Source: Vitrella brassicaformis CCMP3155
Lineage: Eukaryota; Protista; Chromerida
Reading direction: 5' to 3'
Assembly (NCBI GenBank): GCA_001179505.1
Contig: CDMY01000738.1
Coordinates: 62,001-126,000 of the forward strand
Length of the DNA stretch: 64,000 bases
Part shown: piece by piece, positions 37,105 through 50,106 of the stretch
Position numbering within the stretch: position 1 is the first letter of the stretch
How the letters are laid out: each line of letters begins with the position of its first letter
Translations under genes and position numbers: made by a program
The notes under the pieces: model-generated
Told to the model about the DNA's origin: nothing
The model's input: the letters and a program-made list of their open reading frames with translations, nothing else
Database searches by the model: none

Positions 37105-40100
37105 ATGGGCAAGAAGGCCACCAGGGCCTCCAACAAGGTGAGCGCCGTCAGGAATGGCTATGCATGCGAAGCTCAAGGCCGTCTGCAATGCCCAAATGCA
37201 TCCCTGCCATCGTCTTGTGTTCGTCTCTTCGTTCAGGCGGCCGATGAGCCGAGGCGGAGCCACACGATGAGCCGAGGCGGAGCCACACGATGACCCTACG
37301 CGCCAGCACCATCGCGAAGACGGAGGCCCAAGGCGCCACTGCAAAGAACAAGGAGAACCACAACGGCAGGACGGGCGAGAAGGGGCTGGGAGGGGGCGGA
37401 TGTGGGGATGAAGGGGATGGCCAAGGACGACGAGAGTGTGTTCGTACCCATGTAAGCAACATGCAGAGAGAGGGGGAGAGAGCGAGACAGAGACGTATGG
37501 GACACTTCTTATAGAGTCTTCCTCTTGGCTGCTTTATGTCTCTGTGTATGCCTGTTAGGTTGGTGCCTCGTGTTGAGTTGGAGAAGGGCATGCCGCTCGT
37601 AGACGAGCACACCGTCCAAAAGTAGGCACATACAGAGTGACAGCCGACGCAAAAAAACCCATACACCAACATACTTCAATGTGATGCCTGCCGGTTCAGG
37701 ACTCGGTCGGGTCGCATAAAGACCAAGAGATCCATCGACGGTGCTGCTGAGTCGAACATCGCAGCAAGCATCGCAGAGCCTGGTGTGCCCAAGAAGACGA
37801 ACAACAGTAGGGTCGCCGGGCTGTCAGAGAGTGCCATGGGTCTGGAGGTGTCGTTCGCCGGCGAAAGGGAATATCTGCGCGGTGGGGTCGGCCTGAAAGA
37901 CATGGCCATGAGTGGGAATGCGGGATACGGCAAATCGAATCTGAACAAGTAAGTAGGGAAGAAATTGACACGGACACAGAAAGACACACAGAATGGATGC
38001 TTTAATGTGTCTCTCTGTCTGCCTTTAGGTGCGCGTCACTGCTTGTCAATGAGGCTCCCGAGGCCGTCATACCCCAACCCGCCTCGCCCCGCAAACAGCC
38101 CCGCAGCCCCGACAGCAAATCGCCGGCGCACAAGTGCGACAGTGACAACACCAAGAAGGGAAGCCGCCTCGCCGCACCGGGTGGGATTTCGCTGCCACCT
38201 GTCGGCCATCGTAGCGAGAAGGGTCCGGGGGACTGTGTGGTTGGGGAGATGGCTGACAAGCAGCCACCCTTTCCAGTGGCTGAGGAGGCCAATGCGCGCC
38301 AGCAGATGGGCACGGCGCACAACCTGGGTGACCGCAGACGCACTGATGTGGCCGCCAAGGTACGTTCACCGCACCCGGTGGCACCCGTCACCCAGCCCCC
38401 TTCCCACCCACCCACACGCAACACACCTACAGTACCTGTGTGTATGTCTGCAGGTGCCTTGGTTTCTGAAGCTGAGTGAGGACGAGACGGCTGCGGCACT
38501 GCAGCTAGTGGACGAGGGACACGAGAAGGGCGAGAGCCTTACAGTGGCCAAAGTCAGCGGAATACCTGTGCTCGGGTACGCCACGCCACGTGTGTGGTAC
38601 GGTGCCAGCCAGTCAGTGTGAGAAATGTGACATACATGGCCGGATGGGATGGGATATCATATCTCGTCTCGTGTTCGCCTATAGATACGACATAGTGCGT
38701 TTGGAGGATCTCGCGTGGCTTAATGACGAGATCGTCAACATCATATTCGCCCCCGCCGAGAGATGGCTCAGGGCACAGGCCGCGGAGGGGAAATGGTACG
38801 CTGCCCCCACCCACCCACCCACACACCCACACACAACACACCACACCCTTCATCCACGCGCTGCTTTGCTTTGTGTGTGTGTTGCCTCCATGGATGGATG
38901 GATGGCTGGCTTGGCTTGGCTTGGCCAGTGTTCCGAAGGTGTAGATCCCGAACTCGTTCTTCTGGCACAAGCTGTCCAACCCCAGTGCGACAGGCTTCAA
39001 CTACGATTACCAGAACGTCCGCCGCTGGTCGACCGAAAAGAAGGTATGTGTGTGTGCTGGCTGGCTGATTGACCTATCTCACCTGATGATCACAACACGC
39101 AGCATACATATCCTTTGTTGGGTGTGTGGATGTCTTGTTGACACGAACGCAATCGATGTCAGGTCAATGTGTTTGAGCTGGACTACCTGCTGGTGCCCAT
39201 CAACGAGGGCTACGCCACCACGGGGGCCGGCTACCAGGGCACACACTGGGCCCTCGGCGTGGTCGACTTCAAGTACCTACTTAGCATACACACGGCACAC
39301 ACGAATGCCATCCACTTCCGTACCCTCACGTGTGTGCGTGTGTGTGTGTGTGTGTGTCTTTAGGGCCAAGCGCATCCGTGTGCTGGACTCGTTGGGTGGC
39401 GGGGGCACCAACTGGCGCAAAGAGGACAACTCCAAGTGAGATAACGAAAGACGGAGGGAGGGAGGGTGGGAGGGAGAGGCATGGCAGACGCACACAGACG
39501 ACTCCCATGTGTGTGTGTTGTGGCGTCTTGTGTTATGTTGCAGGTTCTATGAGTCCATTCTGCATTATCTCAAAGACGAGCACCAGAACAAACTCAAGAG
39601 GCCCATGCCGGATGCACACCTCTGAGACAAACAGAGCGAGGTAGCCGCTCACACCCACATACACGCACACCCATGTGTGTGTCTCCATGTGTGTGTCCTT
39701 TCATGTGTGTGCGCGTAGACCAACTTGCCGCAAGACCAATGGGCGTGACTGCGGCGTCTTCATGTTGCTCTACGGACTCTCAATCATCTGCAACTCGTAA
39801 GACTCACAGACTGATACCCACCCAGTCACCCACACGCTAATCGACCCACGGCGTGTTGTCTGTCCGTTGATGTGTGTAGGAGTTTCAACGACATCGACGC
39901 TCACCGGTGCGCGGCCTACACGCCCCGCCTGACGCGCGACCACACCACCGACCAGAACAACCTCTGTCTGATGTCTGTCTGTCTGTCTGTCTGATGTCTG
40001 TCTGTCTCTCTGTCCAGGACAATTGCATCGCTGCCTACATCTTATATCCCGATCGTAACTCTCTCAAGCAGCCGAGCCATCCAGCCAGCCGCAGTCCAGT

Positions 40101-40119
40101 CCAAGATCGTCAGCCTTAA
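37105..40119 (+). pseudogene. Ulp1/SENP-family (peptidase C48) SUMO-protease gene with multiple lesions; 5' extent uncertain
   Basis: WLNDEIVN, IPNSFFWHKL, LLVPINE...THWALGVVDF (His), RIRVLDSL (Asp), TNGRDCGVFM (Cys). In-frame TAG at 38942-38944, in-frame TGA near 39623, and a frameshift in the PQQxNG motif near 39730. Confidence 0.8.
37242..37293 (+). repeat. 23-bp tandem duplication (CGATGAGCCGAGGCGGAGCCACA x2 plus partial)
   Basis: Read directly in the sequence. Confidence 0.9.
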
Positions 40120-40254
40120 GATGCGATCGACATGCCCAAGCGCATCGACACACACTAACTCAGTGCGAGTAAAATCCATCCATCCACACGCAACAAGCGA
40201 CACATGCTTGCACGTCTCACCTCTTTGTCTGTCTGTCTGTCTGTATCCTTAGTT

Positions 40255-41166
40255 GTCAACCAACACCAGAAGACGAGTCTAAGTCAAGCTTCAACAGGAA
40301 AACCGCTCACCGAACAATCGCGAACGCCGACAGAACAGGAGACGTGGCACCTCTATCGTACGGAAGAAACTGGTGCGTGCGGACGGACGCACCATGACAC
40401 ACTCTTCATGTCTCTGTTTATGTGTGTGTGCAGATGGTGAGCATCAGGGACCAGTCTCTGCCACTCGAGTGGGGCGGCCAATGGGGACAGCCGCAGGGGC
40501 AGAGTGCCAGTGCGCAGCCGATGGACACTGCGGCGAAGGCCACCAGGTCAGACAGAGACACGCAGAGACACACACACACACACATCTATCCATCCACCCT
40601 TGCATGCAGCCCGGAGCCGTCACCCGGCCTCCCGTCGACCGTCGCCTCCCAGGATGATCGGCATCGTCTGTCTTCACCTCCCAACCCACAGCAGGAGCCA
40701 GACCCCTTTGCACCTGCAGGGGGCTGCGGCAGAAGTGCAAGAAGCGCGCCCGCAGCCCCTTCCCATCAGCCAGCCCCACAGACAGCGATCTCCAGCCCCT
40801 TCCCAAGGTCAAGCGCCGCCCGACGCCTCATGAGAAGGATGAGGCGCCAGCCGTCTTCGGTGGCGTGGGGGAGGAGGTGCTGTGGGGCCCGTTGAACAAG
40901 GCGCGGGAGGGCGAGATCGTCAAGGCAGCAGAGACAGCGTACGACCAGACCGGCCTGACCATGGGGAAGAGGGCACCTCGCGGCCAGGGAAGGAGTCGCC
41001 AGACGATCGTGTGGGGCGACCAGCGTGTGCTGGGCCGCGGTGCCGCCTGGCCCCAGAGGATGGTGGCGATGATGACAAGATGGATATCGATGAGGGTGCG
41101 GGTGCTGCTGGTGGTGATGATACGCTGGAGAGCCTGGCGGAGTGGCTGGGCGAGGGGCGCACATAA
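40255..41166 (+). CDS. Possible low-complexity hypothetical coding exons
   Basis: GT-AG bounded segments with protein-like text (KKRARSPFPSASPTDSDLQPLPKVKRRP...EEVLWGPLNKAREGEIVKAAETAY; DDDKMDIDEG...LESLAEWL), but frames switch. Confidence 0.25.
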
Positions 41167-41865
41167 TCATTATATGGATGAATGGATGCATGGTGTCTAT
41201 CTATTGTTTGGCGGGAGGGCGGCTGGATGCCCGGCTGGCTGCATTCACGTGTGGGCGATCTGTCGATGGGTAGGGACAGGGAAGTCGATCGAATGGCAGA
41301 AGCAGTGGCTCTCTCCGTGTACACTGAAATTTGCACAGACAGTCCTGACATGGGGTCTGTGTGAGTGATGGTTGTGCGCACGACGCTCGAGAGAAGGAGC
41401 AATATATATGAGAGAGAGAGAGAGAGGTTCTGCCAGCCTGACTGCCTGTACACTAGAGCCAGCCAAGTCAGACTAGCTGCCTCAGACACACGACGAGACA
41501 TCCATACGACGTGATGGAACAGACAAGAGATGGAATGGAATGGAATGACAGTCATCCATCCATCCATCCATCCACTTGCGGCGATGATCGAATAGATGCA
41601 CATCAAGCGTCAAGCCACGTGGGTCCACCGAGCATATATACCGATCATCATCAACACGACCGCACACATTTGCATCAGGCACCACACTTAAAGAGAGATA
41701 GCTATAACAGGGATCGGAAGCAGTCAGTATGTACATCGATCATATGTATGTGTATGTGTGTACAGACGGACGTACAAATACAAATACATACATAGACAGA
41801 CAGAGACACACACATAAGGATGGGAATGACATGAGACAGGCCATCAAGGCCCCCCCCCCCCCCCC

Positions 41866-42165
41866 NNNNNNNNNNNNNNNNNNNNNNNNNNNNNNNNNNN
41901 NNNNNNNNNNNNNNNNNNNNNNNNNNNNNNNNNNNNNNNNNNNNNNNNNNNNNNNNNNNNNNNNNNNNNNNNNNNNNNNNNNNNNNNNNNNNNNNNNNNN
42001 NNNNNNNNNNNNNNNNNNNNNNNNNNNNNNNNNNNNNNNNNNNNNNNNNNNNNNNNNNNNNNNNNNNNNNNNNNNNNNNNNNNNNNNNNNNNNNNNNNNN
42101 NNNNNNNNNNNNNNNNNNNNNNNNNNNNNNNNNNNNNNNNNNNNNNNNNNNNNNNNNNNNNNNNN
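41866..42165. other. Assembly gap (300 N)
   Basis: Run of N flanked by poly-C. Confidence 0.99.
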
Positions 42166-43311
42166 CCCCCCCCCCCCCCCACACACACACACACACATCA
42201 ACCCACCGCATCACATGTGTGCCCGCCTCGGCGACCGAGTGGCCGCGCACAACAGGACGACACACACAGGTCTAAACAGGAAAGGGGCCCACCAGCAGCC
42301 TGTCTGTATGTGTCTGTGTGTCTGTGTGATGATGTGCGAGTGGCTGGGCAACGAGTGAAACACACACCGCTATGCTTGTATGTTCGTGTGCATGGAGCAA
42401 GCAATGCATTACAGACGGACGGATGAACACACAGATAAGTGGTGTGGTGCATCGGTCGGCATGTGTGTGTGTGAACACATAGATGTGTGTCCGCACAGAG
42501 AGAGAGAGAGATGGCAGTCACCAGCCATCACTAGAGAGGGAGGTCTCGTGAGCTGGCCGGGACGTTTGTGTGTGTCTGTGTGTGACGAACTGACTCGAAC
42601 GTTTGTGTGTGTCTGTGTGTGACGAACTGACTCGATCAAGAATCAAGACAATCGACTGCAGGATGATGCCGACGTGTCCATTTCAAGTTCGTCTGTGCAA
42701 CCACCCACGCAGAGCCACCCAGCATCCAAAAGCAACCAACCACTCATTCATTCATTCCACCGTGTGCACACATGGCCGTCTGCTCGACTACATGCCGCCC
42801 TCATTCTTGGCGGGTGTTTCTTGTTTGGTTTGTGGCCGAGCCCATCTGGTATGCGCTGTGGGCAGCTGTGAGTGCATGCAGGCAGGTGTCTTTGTTTGTC
42901 TGTCTGTCTGTCTGTGTATGAGCGCAGGTGTTCTTTCACTGCCTGCCCAAGTGATCGATACCTCTTGGCTGGCCTGACTCAGTGTATCGACACTCATTCG
43001 ACATTCCCTCTCTGCCAACAATCGATTCACACGCCAGCATCAGGCAGCCCCCGTCCGTCAATTCTGTACACTACCCAGTCAGTCACACACACACACACAC
43101 GCACGACATGTAGCTATGCCATGCAGCACATAGGTGTCGTCAGCTGAGAATGGCCCCACTGCCCCTCTGCTCTGAGTGATCCACCACACACAATGGCCGG
43201 CCTGACAGATACCGCCAACACGCACACACACACAGAGAGAGAGAGCATACAGCAGATGCGAAAATGGTCACACAATCAGCCCCTCTTATCAATGAGTGCC
43301 ATTCCCTCACC

Positions 43312-45383
43312 TCAGGCATTGAGAACTGCAGTCATTGTCACCCACGTGCCTCCATACCCATCATGTCTGATGCTTCTGATGGTGAAGGCACCGATGTTGG
43401 TGCCGACAGCGACGGAGGCCTCGATGGAATCGCGTTGCTCAGCTGTCGTCGTGTCGCGGACAATCATCTCCACACACTGCAGGCCGCTGATGTGCGAGAT
43501 CACCGACGAGAGGCTGGTGCGGACGAAGCTGCCCGCGTCCTCCACATCATCGGGAACTGAAGGCGAACACACACAAGGCAGCAATGAGGACAAAACGACA
43601 GAAATGCCCCATCTCCCTTTCGGCGTACGTGTCATGGTGAAACGAAGTTCCCTGATCGTCGGCAGCCCGTCGGCCGCCCCCACCAGCAGTTGCTCTAGTC
43701 GATTGATAGCGATGTCCCCCATCTCCACCGTACCCACCTCCCTCTCCCTCCCCAGCGACGCCAAGACGCCCACCTTCTCCTCCTCACCCGACATCTCGCC
43801 GATGTCCACGCACTCCACCTTCTTTGGCATCTTGGCGGCCAGCAGCCGGCCAGCTGCACCACCCAGGTGGTTGCGGACAGACAGCCCTGAGGCCTTGGGG
43901 AACGGCTGCAGGTGGCTGATGATGGTGGGGTGGGGCGGTGGGGTGTAGGCCAAGGGGTGGAAGCCAGGGGCATTCTCGACCTCCACCACGTCGGCCTTGT
44001 CGAATGAGAGTGTCTTGGCCATGTCGATGGCCGCTGGGCTGGGGTCGGTGTGCGGGTCGGTCAGGCCGTCCTGAGTGAAGATGTACTTCACCGATGTGGC
44101 CTTCTGTGCCAGCTGCTTCATCATGGTCTGGAGTGAGGGTGAGGGGCGGTCGGGAAAGTTGGGGTGGTAGAAGATGGAGAGGTCGAGGTCGAAGCCGAAA
44201 AGGCCGCGGGTGGGTGAGTGTCAATGGGGCGTCTGGCAGGTAGCACGCGTCGACCAGTCGGCGCAGGGCCAGCAGTATGGGCGTGGTGAGGCGGTTGATG
44301 CAGAACCCGGCATAAAACTCCACGTTCAGCTGCTTGAGCGATTCTCGGCAGCCGCGGGCCATGAGCACTTCCTGAAGGCGACAACACACAAAAACGGGAC
44401 ATCATGAGCCACCCACACTGTGCATGTGTGTGCGTTGTGGTCACCTGAAGCCTGTCGATGCCCGCCGGATCGCTACCTTCGACCAGGATGGTGCCGATGC
44501 CCTCCAGCTGGGCGAGTGGCCCTCCCTGCCGCCCAACAGGTGCCGCAGGGATGCGCTCGAACACACTCGACCACTCGTCACCGTCAAACATCCCGTCGAC
44601 CTGCCGCAACGAGCGGGACGAGCCGATGAGCTTGCCCAGGCTGCCAGGGCGCCACCACCCCTGCCGCACGACGGTGGCGAGCGAGGGCATCAGCCAGCCC
44701 CGGTCGGCCAACTGCCGATGGTCGCCTCGCAGGTCGGCGATGGTCTTGAGTGCGTCGAGGGTCGGGGGCGGGTCGAGAGGGAGTGGGAGGAGCGGATGAG
44801 TCCTGAAGATGGTCTGCCTCGCCGTGCCGGTCAGCCGAACCCCTTCTTCGATGGCGATGGTCTGCAGGGTCCCGCCATGGACGTTGGCTGCCCGTCGGCT
44901 GACAATGTGGCCCTCGATGATGGCCACAAACACGTCCAAAGACCAGCGGGGGAAGCCGAGTGGGTAGTGGAGGGCGATGGACGTGAGCTGTCTGAGGTAT
45001 GTGGCCCATTCCCTGACGAGAGCGATGGTGGTCCTCTGCCAAAACGACCGCTGGTCTTCGTCGGCCGCGCTGATGGTGAGGTGGTGCTGCTTGCGGGCGG
45101 CGTGTTGCCATGTGAGGGGCGGCAGCTGCAGCTGGATGAGCAGATGAACGGGGAGGAAGGCCATGACGATGCTAAGGATACCGGGCTGCACACAACCACA
45201 CAGCACACGGGACGGCAAGGGATGTGGGTGTCCATCAGAGTGTGGATGCCCTTGTGCGTGTGGTTGGCTCACCGGTGCATTCCCCCAGAAGCGTCTTTCC
45301 CTCTCAGCCCGACGCGGCCGCTCCTCATCGCTCTCACTCGCACCACCACCACCAGGCTGAGCATCAGAGGAAGAGGCCGCCAT
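43312..45383 (-). pseudogene. Lineage-specific family protein, apparent 1-bp frameshift near 44205
   Basis: Long protein-like exons (GILSIVMAFLP...GIDRLQ|EVLMARGCRESLKQL...DAPLTLT) continue in a shifted frame (RGLFGFDLDLSIFYHPNFP...MTAVLNA*). GIDRLQEVLMARGC resembles GIDRLREVMVARGV of the 53541-56316 gene. Confidence 0.6.
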
Positions 45384-46783
45384 TGTGGTGGGTGAACCAA
45401 CCTGCTACCAACAGCACATACAGACATTCAAAGGAGGTTGCCTTGCCTTAAGAAATCCATCAGTCAGCACATTGGCACACCCACCGGCAACTGATGCGCC
45501 CTCTGTGTCTTCTGGTCGGCCTCGGTTAGCTACGCTCTCCGCCAGTGCACCTCGTGTGGTCGGGCGTGTCTATTGGCCTTCCTGCATCCCTCACATGGCC
45601 TCGTTCGCACGCTGAGCCCTCGCACCTTTGCCGAGCCCTCTAGGATGGAAGTGCCCCTCAGTCAGGAAAGATGCACCAGCTCTGCGTACCTAGACGATGT
45701 CAGCGATGGCCGGCCCTCCTTCACAGAAAATTGCGAGCTCAAATTCGGAGTCCGTTCGCCCCTTTTTTTCTTTCTTTTGTCGGCCTGTTTCACTGAAGGT
45801 GTGTGTAGTCTCACTGAGGAGGCATTTATGGGATAAAATCGCAAAACGAATTTGACAAAGCCGAGAAAAGTGGCAATTCGATCCTCACTCGATCCCGAGA
45901 AAGACCAAATGTTCGGCGGCCCCGAGGGCTTCAGAGGCCTCAGCGAAGAATATGGGTACGTCCACGCTGCCCCAAATCGCCGGGGATCTCTTCTTCTTTT
46001 GCGAGCTTGACGGCATCGCGCCAAAATTTGTCGAACAGAGTTTTGGTCCGATGACAGGACTGTCTGATGCCTCCACACTTCCTCTCGTCACCATCGGTGA
46101 GACCAAGAGACCTCTCGGCCCATTCATTCACTCAGTGAGCCGGTGCGCTTCGCCTTCCCATCAGCGAGGCCAACTGAGGGAGGGAGGCAGACAGACAGGC
46201 AGATGATGCATGACAGATAGAAGCGACAGGCAACACATTCCCTTCCCTCCCTGCGTGGCTGTGCGGTCTGTGGGCTGTCAGATCTGACGGTGACGGGCTG
46301 ACTTAGAGGTTCTGGACGGCTAGGGCGGGCAGCACTGAGTCGGGCTGCTTCTTGATGGCTGGCGGCAGTGTCGTTTTGATGGCTGACGCCAAAGCTCACA
46401 CACTGAGCAGTGAGTCGGCAGACTCAGAGCACAGGCACACCGATGACTGCATCCCATCTCGCTGTGTAGCTGGGCTGCTTCCATGGTGCAGGTGGTTGAC
46501 CGTGTTGTTCAGATGGACAGTAGCCACGACGCCCCGACTCCCTCCAGAGGTGGGCGATGGCGCACACAATGGACACACACAGCCGTCATGTGTGTGTGTG
46601 GTGATGGGGTGTGTGGTGCAGGTGGGCGGGGCGACCTGTCAGACGATAGCTTGCGAGATGTCATAGATCAGATCCAATCGGTGAGGGAGGGAGGGAGGGA
46701 GGGAGGGAGGGAGGCGCCACACCGACCATTCATTCACTGTGCTGTCTGCCTGTCTGTTTGGTTGCCTTCAGATCGCAAGTGAG

Positions 46784-48824
46784 ATGGCCGCGCCGGCTCG
46801 GCGGGCGAGGGAGCTGATCCAACGCAACCAACACAACGACACACAGGTCCGTCTGCACGAGTGCCGCATCCCTCTCTCTCTCTCTCTCTCTGTCGTGTGT
46901 GTTGCCGTCGACAGGTTTGTGCGTCGGCGGCTGGCCGTCGGCTGTTGGGTTTTCTGACGAACCTCACCGACACCCACTCGGCCCTCAGCAATGAGCTGAC
47001 ACAGACGCCCACTAACCACAACAAACACAAACGCGTAAGGCTCCACTGACCACTGGATGGCACACACAAGCCGGCCACTCCTCTGTGTGTCTGTCTAGGT
47101 GTTTGTTTATGTCAGCGAATGGATGTCGACGGCGGGGCGTCTCAGTGGGGGGCGGGCGGTGCTGTGGGACCGAAGGAGACCGACAGCAACAAACAGCATA
47201 GCAACGAGGTGCGCACAAGTCCACACCCACAAACAGACAGACAGAGAGACAAAGGAGCTCATTGGTGTGTGTCGCTGGTCAGGTGCCTGCTGATGACGGC
47301 GGCGCCAAGAAGCGTGGACGCATAGACATCAGCCATACTGCTGCTGCTGCTGCTGATGGTGGTGGTGATCGTGATGGACACAGTGGAGGTACGCAAAGCA
47401 TCGGCTGCTGTTGGTGGACTGCATATCATCATGACCCTCCTGTGATGTTGGTGCCTTAAGGTGGCTCGGTTGGTCCGGGTGGTGCTGCGGCAGCGACACA
47501 GCAGCAACAGGGAGGTGCCACCTCACTGCCGGCAGATCTGACGGGCCCCACCCAGTAGCAGCACCCCGTGTGGTACGTCTGCGCCCACCGCGGCAGCGAT
47601 TTTCTGCTGCGGGATGTGCTGCGTCTGAGGAAGACCTGCATATAGGCGAAAGGCCTCTTCGGAGCGCCTCAGCTGTGGCAGCGGCTCAGCCATTCGCTCG
47701 GCACACAGGCGGGGCTGCGGCGGACGGCCAACGGACAGCAGCTGCTGACATTCGCCGACCAGCAGCAGATGGGTGTGGCTGACCTGCTGGCGGCGCTGTG
47801 CGTGATGGAGGCGGGCGGCTGGAGTGAGATGAGCGAGGCGATTGAGCTGGCGGGGCAGTGCGGCAATTGCCAGCTGCCTGTGAGGCTCACTGCCGCTGAT
47901 CTGCACCAATACCCAAACAAGGCGGTAAGCCAACCGAGGGAGGGAGGGAGAAAAGGATGGCTTTCATTCGGTGTGTTGTGTGTGCAGGCGTATTCGGCCG
48001 CTCCCCGTGTCTTGGCTCAGCTCAAGATGGTCGGCCCCCACATCCACTTCGGCGACGGCGTGACCTTCCAGCTGTTCCAGCACGGCAACAGACTGAGGGC
48101 CATCAAGGACCAGATCGGCCTCGAGATCGACATCAATCCGCCTCTCCCTGCCAACCACCCCATCCAACAGCACAGACAGCTGCATGACCCGCCCGTCCAC
48201 AGCAACATGACATACGTCCCGCCACTGGGCTGGATGTCGCTGGCTGCTTCTCGGGTCTACTCATCTGTGTCGTCGTTTGTCAAGAGAATCGCCATCAACC
48301 ACTTCGCGGCCACTCATCAGTACAACAAGACTAGCGGTCGCATCGACAGGTCAGGGCGGGGCATCACTTTGCGTGTGCACTGTCACGACACACACGAGTG
48401 TATGTTATGTGTGTGTGTATGTGTGTGTGTGTCAGGGATGTCGACAACAGCCGGCTAATCACCTTCGTGACACAGTCCTCGCACACACCAGTGGAGGGAT
48501 GCACCACCACCTCCACATCGTACCGCTCCACTGACGGATTCACTTACCGCCGTCTCGTGCTGACCGACGCCAGCCACTCGTTCGTCGCATGAATCGCCGT
48601 CACAGAGAGCATTTACAACTCCGGTCAGCCAAGCCTAGCACGGCACAGCAAGGGGGAGGAAATGTGCTCCCTGTCCTTCGTTTGCAGTGAGTGTTGAGGT
48701 CTTCACCACCGAGCCGGCTGTGTCTGATGTCGTTGGTGCCTTCAAGGACCGCTTCCCTCAGACCACTCGGCTGGCGCGTGCGGTGCTGGGGGCCGAAATC
48801 TCAGCAATGGTATTCGACCGATAG
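46784..48824 (+). pseudogene. Paralog of the 50-59 kb gene family with three in-frame stops
   Basis: Shares VLAQLKMVGPHI.FG.GVTFQLFQHG..LRAIKDQ, TPVEGCTTT and FKDRFPQTTRLARAVLG with the minus-strand copies; stops at 47556 (TAG), 47643 (TAG) and 48590 (TGA). Confidence 0.8.
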
Positions 48825-50106
48825 ACAGCTTAGGTATGTCTGCATCAAACACGACTGAGACGAGGACAAGATGAGCACACGACGACTTCCACAATGGTGT
48901 GCTTTCTATCATTCGGTGTGTCTCAGGCCGGGCGGTGGTGCGGTGCTGACATTGGAGCGATCTGGCCGACATATTCTCTCTGGACGGATGTGTGGGCGAT
49001 AGATCGGGGGGGCGGGTGGGGACTTCCTCTCGAGAGGTGTGGTGGTGTGGTGCTGGTGCTATGGTGTTGGCTCATGGATAGATGGATGGCTTGGTGGAAT
49101 GCCTCTCCCTCTCCTCATGACACGTGAAGCTGTCAATCGTTTCCTTACACCTCTCTTCCCGTCTGTCTGTCTGTCTGTCTATCGTGCTGCTGTCCCCTCC
49201 CCTCCCCTCGGCTCCCCTCTCCCATTGCCCCCCTCATGTGCATTGGCCGACCAGACCGGTGAGGTGTGTGTGGGTCGGAGAGAGAGGACAGACAGAACCA
49301 GATGGGGGGGAGATGGGCGGACAGAAGGCTAGGCACACACACGGTGGGCGAACTGAAGTAGCCCCTCGGCAAGCCCAAACACACAAGAGTGACAGACAGA
49401 CAGACAGACAGACAGACCGACAGACAGACAGGGTGGACGTCTTTGCTCGCTGGGCGTGTTGCATTTTGTGTGCGTTTGATGGACGGCTGTGTGGGATGTG
49501 TGTGTTCGTATTGCTGACTGAATGCCTTGCTGTTGATTGCAATGAGTGAACACCCAAAGAAAGGAGCCACAATTGGGAGAGAGACACCCACAGAGATACC
49601 GATTGATAGCACAGCTCATTCGCTGCGGTCCATACACAACACACACTCACACACACAGATTCATCCATCCATCCATCTACACGCTGCCACGACGTCATTA
49701 AGGGCACCTGCGTCTGTGTTTGTGTGTGCGTGTGGGTCCGCCGTGGAGCCGACGCTACGCACAGCACAGCACAGATTCAACAACAATCGATCAGCCGAAT
49801 GGAAGGACGGTGTGTGTCTGTGAGTGTAAAGGCATGAAAGACGCAGCCAGACACTCACTGTATATAAACGCACACCACATTCAGCTGTATGTGTATCGGT
49901 CTGTGCGGTGTGTGCCCGCCGCCATAGCACCCGCCCGCCACTCAGCCACCCGGCCAACCAATAATTGTGTCCTGCATGGCTGTCTATTGGGCATGACACT
50001 ACTGCCCAGCCTGACACACACGTGGAAAGACAGACACCATTGTGTATGTCGTGAGCGCATTTGCTGCCCGTGTCAGTCGTGTTTGATGCAGACATACCTC
50101 AGCTGT

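Noticed and set aside
45940-46131. Tyrosine-recombinase-like fragment (TLFDKFWRDAVKLAKEEEIPGDLGQRGRTHILR*)
   Set aside because: Only a short HxxR-like look-alike followed by stops; no other catalytic motifs; lies in the upstream region of a neighbouring gene.
9736-48592. Stop-codon reassignment (alternative genetic code)
   Set aside because: TAA, TAG and TGA all terminate intact genes here, conserved genes (GH1, CDPK, DUF547) use TGG for Trp without internal stops, and the affected genes also carry frameshifts.
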